The notes beneath the pieces are model-generated. The model was given only the letters and a program-made list of their open reading frames with translations, had not been told where the DNA came from and did not search any database. DNA of 50,451 nucleotides from Nitrospirota bacterium (GTDB lineage Bacteria > Nitrospirota > Nitrospiria > SBBL01 > SBBA01), in assembly GCA_038067655.1 (NCBI GenBank), contig JBBTNS010000002.1:1-50451 (forward strand). Reading direction: 5' to 3'. Both the position numbers and the translations under genes were made by a program. Positions 21,829-29,093 of the stretch are shown one piece after another; position 1 is the stretch's first letter, and the number at the start of each line of letters is the position of its first letter.

Positions 21829-21856
21829 CTATCGGCAACCTCTATCTAAAACTTTA
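21829..21856 (-). promoter_or_regulatory. Sigma-28 (FliA)-type promoter upstream of the giant Calx-beta gene
   Basis: The minus strand reads TAAAGTTT-TAGATAGAGGTT-GCCGATAG. The enteric consensus is TAAAGTTT-N11-GCCGATAA. The -35 block matches 8/8 and the -10 block 7/8, but the spacer is 1 nt longer than consensus (TAAA-N16-GCCGATAG versus N15). It sits 21 nt after the flgE stop and about 115 nt before ATG 21712. Confidence 0.55.
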
Positions 21857-21876
21857 GAAAAATTAACCATAATAAA

Positions 21877-23718
21877 TTATCGTTTCAAATTAATGATTTC
21901 CTGAGTGACCTCGTCCGAAGTCGTAATCACCCTGGAATTCGCCTGAAACCCTCTTTGGTACGTTATCATCTTTACAAACTGCTCGGTTAAGTCCACATTC
22001 GACCTCTCTAATGCCCCAGCAACCACTTTCCCACGATCTCCAATCCGAGCCGGCTCAATCAACGGGGCACCAGAACTATCCGTCTGAATGTAATTATTAC
22101 CCCCCACTCGAACAAGGCCTGTCTCATCTGGAAATGTAGCAAGCAATAATTGTGCCAAAGCGTGATTCTTCCCATTTGAAAAAAGACCGTTGATGATACC
22201 GGTATTATCAACATCAAAAGTTTGGAGCGTCCCGGACGAAAAGCCATCTTGTACCTGCTTTAACACCGTTGAGATCTTCCCAAATTGCGTCGCTCCAGAA
22301 AAATCAAACGTAACATCCTGATCCTCAGTCGCACCGCCGCTAAAATCAAAACCCTCTGTCGTGAATGCGCTGGTCGGCTCACCAAAAAGCAAGCCATCTG
22401 GCGTAAATTCCATGACGCCTGTCGCTTGTACTTCGTCAAATTCTCCGTTTAGGTTGTCATTTTTCCCGACAATCGCATTCCAAGCCCAACGACTTTCCCC
22501 GCCGCTAAGGACGACATCTAGCCCTGTCGCCGGATCCGTTCCTATAACCAATGGAACCGGTGTTAACCGGATATAGCTCATTTGAACCGTGTGTTGCACC
22601 CCGAGAGAGTCAAACATGGCCACATTACTTGTAAAGTCGGCACTCCGCCTGCCCGCAACAAAATCTTCACCAATACCAGCACTTGTATCCACCTCCTCTG
22701 TGATCGTCAACTGGGTATCAGATTGAACAGCCTGCACAATGTAAGAGCGATTTGAAACAATAATGGAATCCCCTGCTCTAATCTCGGATAAGAATTTTGT
22801 GTCAGTCCCTAAAAATACTTTCTCTTCTCCATCCGCATCACTTGGGGTCACGACCCCGGTTAAAACCTGACTGAGGCTATTGGGTTTGAAAAATGTACCG
22901 GTGGATAAGCCCGTCTTGGCAGGAATGGTTGGATCAACGAGGGTATTGAGATCAATAACAATGGGGCCGCCATTTGCATTCGTCAACATTAAGAATTCCA
23001 CGTCCTCCTTCGCACTCACCCCGGTCAACTCTGTCTGCTCATTAATGGCCTCAATCAGACTTTCTATCCCTGGTCCAATTTCATCAAAAGTAACACCATT
23101 GATGATCAAGCCTTCGAAAGGAATCGTCTCATCATTCGGATTAACTGGAATCTTCCCACTAAACGTGTTAGCGATATCAAACTCTTTGGAGGCCAGGTTA
23201 ATGGACGTGAGGACCTCGGTTGTCGCTCTCGGAGGAGAAACCCTGTTAGAAAGATCAATCGGACCGGCACCCGCGCCAGGAATTGGCAGTCCCGTAACGG
23301 GGTCAATCTCAATTGCTGTCCCCTGGAGCAACAAGCCGTCAATATTGACGACCAGTCCATTCTTATCAACATGAAACGCGCCCGCCCGGCTAAAAAACGG
23401 AGTTGCTTCCCCAAAAGGATCTTCCAGTACAAAAAAACCTTTCCCTTCAATGGCCAAATCCAGTGGATTCTGGGTACGCTCTATCAAACCCTGGCGAAAA
23501 GGGGCACGAATTTGATCCGTGAGCGCGCCGTCTCCTGTTTGGTAGCGAGACCCGCCATGAGAATGAGAAAACCGATTGATCATCTCGGAAAAGAGAATGT
23601 CGTTCTCCTTAAATGCGATCGTATCAACGTTCGCAATGTTATCGCTGATAACGGTCAATCCCCGCTGAAAAGCCTGGATGCCGCTTGTTGCTGTGCTCAG
23701 TGAAGGTATAATAGCCAT
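21877..23718 (-). CDS. flgE: Flagellar hook protein FlgE
   Basis: N-terminus ..SGIQAFQRGLTVISDNIANVDTIAFKE and C-terminus ..SNVDLTEQFVKMITYQRGFQANSRVITTSDEVTQEIINLKR are the conserved FlgE/rod-family terminal helices. The gene follows flgD. I prefer ATG 23718 to the track start 23724 because the AGGAG at 23726-23730 is 7 nt from 23718 and only 1 nt from 23724. Confidence 0.9.
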   Translation of the reverse strand: MAIIPSLSTATSGIQAFQRGLTVISDNIANVDTIAFKENDILFSEMINRFSHSHGGSRYQTGDGALTDQIRAPFRQGLIERTQNPLDLAIEGKGFFVLEDPFGEATPFFSRAGAFHVDKNGLVVNIDGLLLQGTAIEIDPVTGLPIPGAGAGPIDLSNRVSPPRATTEVLTSINLASKEFDIANTFSGKIPVNPNDETIPFEGLIINGVTFDEIGPGIESLIEAINEQTELTGVSAKEDVEFLMLTNANGGPIVIDLNTLVDPTIPAKTGLSTGTFFKPNSLSQVLTGVVTPSDADGEEKVFLGTDTKFLSEIRAGDSIIVSNRSYIVQAVQSDTQLTITEEVDTSAGIGEDFVAGRRSADFTSNVAMFDSLGVQHTVQMSYIRLTPVPLVIGTDPATGLDVVLSGGESRWAWNAIVGKNDNLNGEFDEVQATGVMEFTPDGLLFGEPTSAFTTEGFDFSGGATEDQDVTFDFSGATQFGKISTVLKQVQDGFSSGTLQTFDVDNTGIINGLFSNGKNHALAQLLLATFPDETGLVRVGGNNYIQTDSSGAPLIEPARIGDRGKVVAGALERSNVDLTEQFVKMITYQRGFQANSRVITTSDEVTQEIINLKR

Positions 23719-23755
23719 GGTCATTCTCCTTATATTAAAGGGCCCAAAATTGGCC

Positions 23756-24412
23756 CTATCTCAAAACCCTTTTAACTTCTCCCAGCGGAACCGATGCGCC
23801 ATTGACAGTCAGTGTCGGCCCCTTTTCTCCGTAGGTGATACCGGAAACCTCCCCTTCTGAAGAGATCGGCACGGCCGATAATTTCCCATCCTTATCCTTA
23901 AACGAGATCACATAATTATAAGTGCCAGCGCCGACAGCGTTCCCACTGTTGTCCCGGCCATCCCATTTAATCTCGGCTGGACCTTTTTTAAACGCGCCTG
24001 AAGACGTTATTGATCTCACCACCCCCCCAAATAAATCTTGAACCTGCATAACCACTTCCGATGTATCCTCGTTCAATTGATACGAAATCCTCTCGGCAAT
24101 CCCAGCAAGATGCGTCAATCGCCCTCCCGGCACCTCCACACGCCTACCAAGCAAATTTGATGCCGCTAAGTTACTCATTGCGACCGTTTCATGCGCCAAG
24201 ATATCCAGCTTCTTATTAATCTCGATGGAGGATTCTAGCTCTCTAAATTGAGCCAACTGTGCGACAAACTCGGTGGAGTCCATTGGTTTCAACGGGTCCT
24301 GAAACTGTAACTGCTTCGTTAACAAATTCAAGAATGCCTCTTTTCCCAATCCTTTAGCACCTGCTCCAGATGTTAAAGATGCTGTAGATGTTGTCGCTGC
24401 TGAAATATGCAT
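23756..24412 (-). CDS. flgD: Flagellar hook assembly/capping protein FlgD
   Basis: The motif ..KEAFLNLLTKQLQFQDPLKPMDSTEFVAQLAQFRELE.. is typical of the FlgD N-terminal domain. The C-terminal region looks beta-rich, as in FlgD. AGGAG lies 7 nt upstream of the ATG. The gene lies between fliK and flgE. Confidence 0.9.
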   Translation of the reverse strand: MHISAATTSTASLTSGAGAKGLGKEAFLNLLTKQLQFQDPLKPMDSTEFVAQLAQFRELESSIEINKKLDILAHETVAMSNLAASNLLGRRVEVPGGRLTHLAGIAERISYQLNEDTSEVVMQVQDLFGGVVRSITSSGAFKKGPAEIKWDGRDNSGNAVGAGTYNYVISFKDKDGKLSAVPISSEGEVSGITYGEKGPTLTVNGASVPLGEVKRVLR

Positions 24413-24423
24413 TTTATACTCCT

Positions 24424-25959
24424 TTACACATACACGCTGATTTGACCCTTTTGCCCGTCCCCAGAGAACATCCGAGTCTCTAATATTCCCAACTCGGACG
24501 TAAGATCGTGATTCAATGACTCTCCATCTTGTAAAGCAATACGTGTGCCATAACCATTTGACTGGTCACGATAGGGAAAATGACGTGAAGATTGCCCAAA
24601 ATCGCCCACATTCACTGAAAATTGATCAACAACAAAGCCGGCATTTGCGAGGGCGTCACGTAAAATCGTCTGATTCTTGTCTAAAATTTCTTTGACGGCG
24701 GCCGATTGCGTCAGAATATCGGCGGAAACGACATTTTTATGAATCGCAATGTCAATTGTAAGGGCACCCAGTTCTTTTGGCTCAAGCTCAAGACGGATTC
24801 TATCACTCCCTTTTGATACCATCTTGTTTATGGCCACCTTCTGGACAATCTGTTCCATCAGCTCATGTTCGACAATCTGGGATTCCGGTCTCCATTGGGG
24901 AGATAGGAAGCGAGTGGCAACCCTATCGCTCTTTTGCCCTTCTACTAAAGAAATCGTTTGTATCATCGGGGCAGGTTCCGTTAGTTTCGCCATAGGGGCG
25001 GGTTCTGTTAGTTTCGCCATAGGGGCGGGTTCCTGTAGCCCCGTCATATTCGTATCTGTTTGCCTACTGCTCATCCCCTCTCGCATCATAACGGTCTCAG
25101 ATAATTTCACACCCTGATCATCCGTCAAAAATTCTCGCCCCACCTCTTTAGCGGCTTTCTGAAGCACTGCCTGATCAACCGGTACAGATTTAGAAGATGT
25201 TGCCAATTCTGATTTTACCAATTCGACCCATTCAGAAGACTCAACCAATACATTCGATTCCATTACATTGGATTCCATAGCCTCCATCTTATAGCCCGTG
25301 AGACTTCTCCCTTCAAAAGTAAAGCCTGCCAAGTCTTCTCCTGAATTCTGATTCATCATCTCCTGATTGAAATGCGCCCAGTTTAAATCGGCAAGCGTCG
25401 TCTCCTTCATCTTGCTATTATTTTGCCTCAGAAGCAGGGATGCGATCAGCTCATCCAACTCGACATCGGCGATTGCAACGGTGGCAGGATAGGCCTCCTC
25501 ATTGCCATCAAATGTCCCCGGTTGTTGTCCATCTTGCGCCACGGGTTGCTGCATGGGCTGTTGCAAAGCATAGCCTGTATAATCCATGTTTACGATAGCG
25601 GGAATGTCCTGCTCAGAATTTAAAACAGCCTGTTCAGGTAAGTCAGCCATCAGGGCATGCATCGGAGCTTCGAACGAATCAGATGGTGCAATCATCCCAA
25701 TTACAGAAAGTAACGAGAGGGTTGCGCAAAGCTCATCAGAAGAAACCATGCACGATCCCATGTGCTCATTTTCCCTCTGCATCTGTGTTTCTTCTAATAC
25801 TGTCTGCATTTTCTCCTCCCTTTCTGCTTCTGTCAGAACCTCTTGAAAAAGGCTCGACTCTTGCTCTATTAATCCTGATATATTTACAGCCCCCTCACCC
25901 GCTATAATCATATTGGGACTGGTCGTTACTGATAATAAAATAGAATTAGATTCCAACAT
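24424..25959 (-). CDS. fliK: Flagellar hook-length control protein FliK
   Basis: The C-terminal region ..IRLELEPKELGALTIDIAIHKNVVSADILTQSAAVKEILDKNQTILRDALANAGFVVDQFSVNV.. matches the FliK C-terminal (Flg_hook) domain. The N-terminal and central parts are acidic, Pro/Gln-rich and low in complexity. GAGGAG RBS is present. The gene is directly upstream of flgD-flgE. Confidence 0.85.
   Translation of the reverse strand: MLESNSILLSVTTSPNMIIAGEGAVNISGLIEQESSLFQEVLTEAEREEKMQTVLEETQMQRENEHMGSCMVSSDELCATLSLLSVIGMIAPSDSFEAPMHALMADLPEQAVLNSEQDIPAIVNMDYTGYALQQPMQQPVAQDGQQPGTFDGNEEAYPATVAIADVELDELIASLLLRQNNSKMKETTLADLNWAHFNQEMMNQNSGEDLAGFTFEGRSLTGYKMEAMESNVMESNVLVESSEWVELVKSELATSSKSVPVDQAVLQKAAKEVGREFLTDDQGVKLSETVMMREGMSSRQTDTNMTGLQEPAPMAKLTEPAPMAKLTEPAPMIQTISLVEGQKSDRVATRFLSPQWRPESQIVEHELMEQIVQKVAINKMVSKGSDRIRLELEPKELGALTIDIAIHKNVVSADILTQSAAVKEILDKNQTILRDALANAGFVVDQFSVNVGDFGQSSRHFPYRDQSNGYGTRIALQDGESLNHDLTSELGILETRMFSGDGQKGQISVYV
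24968..25040 (-). repeat. 27-bp in-frame tandem repeat (about 2.6 copies) inside fliK, encoding (T/Q)EPAPMAKL
   Basis: Units ggggcaggttccgttagtttcgccata (24968-24994) and ggggcgggttctgttagtttcgccata (24995-25021) are followed by a partial third copy. The protein reads LQEPAPMAKLTEPAPMAKLTEPAPMIQ. Confidence 0.9.
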
Positions 25960-25995
25960 TCTTTTCTCCTCAATACGCTTACGCCATTATACAAA

Positions 25996-26010
25996 GCAAA
26001 AGGCATACCA
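25996..26010 (-). promoter_or_regulatory. Sigma-54 (RpoN) -24/-12 promoter candidate for fliK-flgD-flgE
   Basis: The minus strand reads TGGTAT-GCCTT-TTGCT against the consensus TGGCAC-N5-TTGCW. The GG and GC dinucleotides have the correct spacing. It lies 37-51 nt upstream of the fliK ATG. Confidence 0.5.
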
Positions 26011-26026
26011 AATGAAATAAAGCAGT

Positions 26027-26034
26027 GGGGGGGG
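26027..26034. repeat. G8/C8 homopolymer between the putative enhancer repeats and the sigma-54 promoter
   Basis: gtggggggggac read directly in the sequence. Confidence 0.9.
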
Positions 26035-26072
26035 ACTTGGGGTTGTTTTAGACTAAAGATAGTGGAGCAGAA

Positions 26073-26144
26073 GGGACATTTTTGCCTACTGGTGATTCGT
26101 GCTTCCTCACGAGGGAGGAGAGTGGGGGAAATTTGCCTACGGGG
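26073..26144 (-). promoter_or_regulatory. Pair of direct repeats about 70 and 120 bp upstream of the sigma-54 element; possible enhancer-binding-protein sites
   Basis: Plus-strand gggacatttttgcctactgg (26073-26092) and ggggaaatttgcctacgggg (26125-26144) share the core tttgcctac, with the two cores 51 bp apart. Confidence 0.25.
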
Positions 26145-26203
26145 CTCTGCACGGCGTTACGCTTTGCGCAGTCGTTTGAGGTGACTGGAAGGATCACCCC
26201 CTG

Positions 26204-26809
26204 CTATTTTGCCTTGCGATCACGCTTGATCTGAAATTGACGTCTGACAACATATCGAATGATATGTTCACGAGCAGGCTCGGACAAAAGATGCGGATAA
26301 AGCAGAAGACCATATTCTTTTCGGTCAGTTTCTGATTGACTCTCAATCTCCCCTTTCAAAAAAAGCTCTTTGAACGGCAAGATCGGGAGGACAAAATGTA
26401 ACTCCAAAATCTCTCCAACCCGATGGGGCGTTGGTGTTTGTATTTTCATTGCCCCCAAACTCATTTCAACAATGGCGGTACGATTCGGATAAAACGTCTC
26501 ATCCCGGATGGGTGCCAAAGTCTTAATCAGTAAATTTATTTTCCAGTCCAGACAAAGAAGCAACTCGACTAAGTCCGCGCCAATCTCGTCTCTTTTTTCG
26601 TACAATTTTTCAGAAGAACTCATTGACTCCATCGAAGGGAAGGCGGGAACATGATAAATCGCACTTTTGACTCCGCGTCCTTGCTCACTTGTTTCGCTTG
26701 GATCAACCACGCGATAAATCGCATGACAATCAGAAGAAACAGAAACCCCACGATCAAGACAATCGCCTTTTATTTCATTTTTATTGTCAGACTGCAGACG
26801 ATCTTCCAT
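26204..26809 (-). CDS. PilZ-like protein (putative c-di-GMP effector with non-canonical binding motifs)
   Basis: The C-terminal half ..NRTAIVEMSLGAMKIQTP...VGEILELHFVLP...LKGEI...LLLYPHLLSEPAREHIIRYVVRRQFQIKR resembles a PilZ beta-barrel plus terminal helix. EMSLGA stands in place of D/NxSxxG. I see no canonical RxxxR at the usual distance. The ORF overlaps the upstream GGDEF gene by 23 nt. Start codon is uncertain. Confidence 0.45.
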   Translation of the reverse strand: MEDRLQSDNKNEIKGDCLDRGVSVSSDCHAIYRVVDPSETSEQGRGVKSAIYHVPAFPSMESMSSSEKLYEKRDEIGADLVELLLCLDWKINLLIKTLAPIRDETFYPNRTAIVEMSLGAMKIQTPTPHRVGEILELHFVLPILPFKELFLKGEIESQSETDRKEYGLLLYPHLLSEPAREHIIRYVVRRQFQIKRDRKAK

Positions 26810-28295
26810 CTGTTTCTTGTACTCCTTCCTTCACCGCTATATTTTCTAGATCAGACGGACTCATCTGAATTCGATTTCGGCCATTTTTCTTCGCAATGTA
26901 CAACGCCACATCGGCCAAATGAAACAGGTCCTCCGGATTTTTCGTACGCGAGAATGGAAAAATGGAGATGCCAATGCTCACCGATAAATGCAGCGCCTCT
27001 TTTCCCTTTCTAAAAAGATGTGATTCAATTGCCTGCCTCATTCGCTCTGCGGCGATCTCGGCCTCTTTTTGATTCACCTCCGGCAAAATAATAACAAATT
27101 CTTCTCCCCCATATCGGGCCACGACATCAATCTCGCGAATGACTTGTCTCAGCAACAATGCAATCTCCCGGAGCACCTCATCGCCCGCAATGTGGCCATG
27201 AAGGTCATTGATCTCCTTAAAATGATCCAAATCAATTAAAAATAATGCCAGCGTCGTTTCCAATCGATCGGCCCGCTTTAACTCCCGCTCCAATATATTT
27301 AAGAAGGCCCTGCGGTTTAATATGTGGGTCAATTCGTCGGTGGTTGCTAACTCCTTCACCTGCTGATACATCTCAGCATTCCTAAGGCTAAGCGACAACG
27401 ATGTTGAAATCATCAAAATGCTTTGTATCTGATATTCATTCAAAGCAATTAGATTCCCCGCCTCCACCCCCATTGTCATTCGTAATACACCTAATTTCTC
27501 GGAACCCGCAATCAGGGGAATCATCACTTCATTTCCATCTGAAGAAAGTTTCGGATTCGACTTCTCGTCGAATTCAAAAAAGGCCGCTCGAAGCAATTCT
27601 CCTTCCCCCTTCAGATATTCCACTTCCGCCACATCTTTTCGTTGAGGAAAGACCCAAACTCGGTCTAGATTGCCCCTGCCTTTTAGAAACAATGATAAGG
27701 ACTGATAAGAAATTAACGGTCTAATCGTCTCAGAAAAAGCACCAACGGTTAAGCCGGGATTTAAAAACGAGGCCACCGTTTGATTGATCTGATAAATACG
27801 CGCAAGGTCCCGATTCCAAATCTGAAGCCTTGCCTTCTCCTCAAGAAGGCGTTCATTCGCAAGCGACATCGAGCACATCATCCCTTCAGCATTGAGTTTG
27901 GTTTGAAGCCCTTTCTCGATTGTCTTCTCCAATTTTTGAAACAAAATCGGCGTGCTTAAATAGTCATATACTCCTTCTCGAAGGAGCATACAAAGCACCT
28001 CGGCCTTAATTTCGCCTCCAACCAAAATCACACAGACGGTTGAATTCATTCCACGGACGCGATCCAAAAAAAGATGTGTATTCTCAATCGCAGTCTCTCC
28101 TTCTAGATAAATCAGCACGACATCCATGGCCCCAGAATCTTGTGTTGTTCGGCCAAAAATATCACAAAGGCTTGAATCCTGAAACAAAAAATCAAAAGAG
28201 ACGGGATTGTCGAGCTGGAAACCACGTCTACTTAGAAATACGCTTGCCGTCTCCAGAATGGAAAGTGGAAAATCAACTAATAGTACTTTAGGCAT
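26787..28295 (-). CDS. Diguanylate cyclase with degenerate receiver-like domain, GAF-like domain and GGDEF domain
   Basis: The GGDEF domain reads ..TDELTHILNRRAFLN...LFLIDLDHFKEINDLHGHIAGDEVL...REIDVVARYGGEEFVIILPE...SIGIS...LFHLADVALYIAKKNGRNR. The active site is GGEEF, and an RxxD I-site (REID) sits 5 residues upstream of it. The central part is GAF-like (..MIPLIAGSEKLGVLRM..). The N-terminal 120 aa have a REC-like layout. Confidence 0.9.
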   Translation of the reverse strand: MPKVLLVDFPLSILETASVFLSRRGFQLDNPVSFDFLFQDSSLCDIFGRTTQDSGAMDVVLIYLEGETAIENTHLFLDRVRGMNSTVCVILVGGEIKAEVLCMLLREGVYDYLSTPILFQKLEKTIEKGLQTKLNAEGMMCSMSLANERLLEEKARLQIWNRDLARIYQINQTVASFLNPGLTVGAFSETIRPLISYQSLSLFLKGRGNLDRVWVFPQRKDVAEVEYLKGEGELLRAAFFEFDEKSNPKLSSDGNEVMIPLIAGSEKLGVLRMTMGVEAGNLIALNEYQIQSILMISTSLSLSLRNAEMYQQVKELATTDELTHILNRRAFLNILERELKRADRLETTLALFLIDLDHFKEINDLHGHIAGDEVLREIALLLRQVIREIDVVARYGGEEFVIILPEVNQKEAEIAAERMRQAIESHLFRKGKEALHLSVSIGISIFPFSRTKNPEDLFHLADVALYIAKKNGRNRIQMSPSDLENIAVKEGVQETDGRSSAV

Positions 28296-28306
28296 AACAC
28301 AAAACC

Positions 28307-29080
28307 TTATCGGTCTTGAAATTTAGGCTGTCTTTTCTCAACAAAGGCCGATAACCCTTCCTTCATATCCGCGGTTTCACAAAGCGTTCCAAAAATCTCG
28401 GCTTCAAGAGAAAGCCCTGACGAAAGGTGATGAACGGATTCCGCTAAAATAGCCCGCATGGCAGCAGAAACCGCCATTCTCCCTTTTGCGGCAATCTTCT
28501 TGGCCAACCCTTGTGCCTCCTTCAAGACCTCTGTTTCGGCAACCACACGATTCACAAGCCCCATTCCCTTCGCCTCTTCCGCACTCACCAAATCACCGGT
28601 TAAAATTAACTCCATCGCTTTCGCCATCCCAATCAGCCGAGGGAGTCGCTGCGTTCCGCCAAACCCCGGCATAATCCCAAGACCCACTTCTGGCAAACCG
28701 AGCCGAGTACGATCTCCGGCAATACGCATATGACAAGCCAGAGCGACTTCCAACCCCCCGCCCAAACAAAAACGGTTGATCGCCGCAATAATCGGCTTTT
28801 GCAGCCATTCCATCTTATTCAAAAGCGCATGGCCCCGCTTGGAAAGCCGTTCGCCTTCCATCGCATTGGGAATGGCCAAAATCTCATGCACATCGGCTCC
28901 TGCAATAAAAAGAGAGCCGCCAGTTAATACAATCGCCTTCACCGCGACATTTTCTGAAAGTTGATCAATGACAGACTCTAATTGTTCAATCAGGGGCGTC
29001 GTAATTAGATTTTGCGGCGGATTGTTAATCGTAATCGTTGCAACATTGCCATCTATTTGTTCTGTAACTAATTGATCCAT
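28307..29080 (-). CDS. Enoyl-CoA hydratase/isomerase (crotonase) family protein
   Basis: ..VATITINNPPQNL...KAIVLTG....FIAGADV...FCLGGGLEVALACHMRIA...LGLPEVGLGIMPGFGGTQRLPRLIG.. is the crotonase fold, with both catalytic Glu positions present. I use ATG 29080, which has a GGAGGG RBS 6 nt upstream and lies 13 nt after the upstream stop, rather than the track start 29143. Confidence 0.9.
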   Translation of the reverse strand: MDQLVTEQIDGNVATITINNPPQNLITTPLIEQLESVIDQLSENVAVKAIVLTGGSLFIAGADVHEILAIPNAMEGERLSKRGHALLNKMEWLQKPIIAAINRFCLGGGLEVALACHMRIAGDRTRLGLPEVGLGIMPGFGGTQRLPRLIGMAKAMELILTGDLVSAEEAKGMGLVNRVVAETEVLKEAQGLAKKIAAKGRMAVSAAMRAILAESVHHLSSGLSLEAEIFGTLCETADMKEGLSAFVEKRQPKFQDR

Positions 29081-29093
29081 ACGATCCCTCCAA

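Noticed and set aside
22059-23450. Embedded ORFs inside flgE on both strands (22059..22247, 23106..23450, 22880..23374).
   Set aside because: They overlap a confidently identified flgE frame and their translations look unlike real proteins.
23740-23756. Small GC hairpin (GGGCC-N7-GGCCC) overlapping the flgD stop and followed by UUU, as a possible intercistronic attenuator.
   Set aside because: The stem is only 5 bp and the U-tract is short. That is too weak to call a terminator.
25986-25991. A perfect TATAAT hexamer on the minus strand just downstream of the sigma-54 element, as an alternative sigma-70 promoter for fliK.
   Set aside because: No acceptable -35 hexamer lies at a 16-18-nt spacing and the extended -10 TG is misplaced. 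I keep it only as an alternative to be resolved by TSS mapping.
26140-26203. Imperfect hairpins downstream of the PilZ-like gene, as a possible terminator separating it from the hook operon.
   Set aside because: The stems are interrupted or bulged and are not followed by a U-tract. I cannot support a Rho-independent terminator call.
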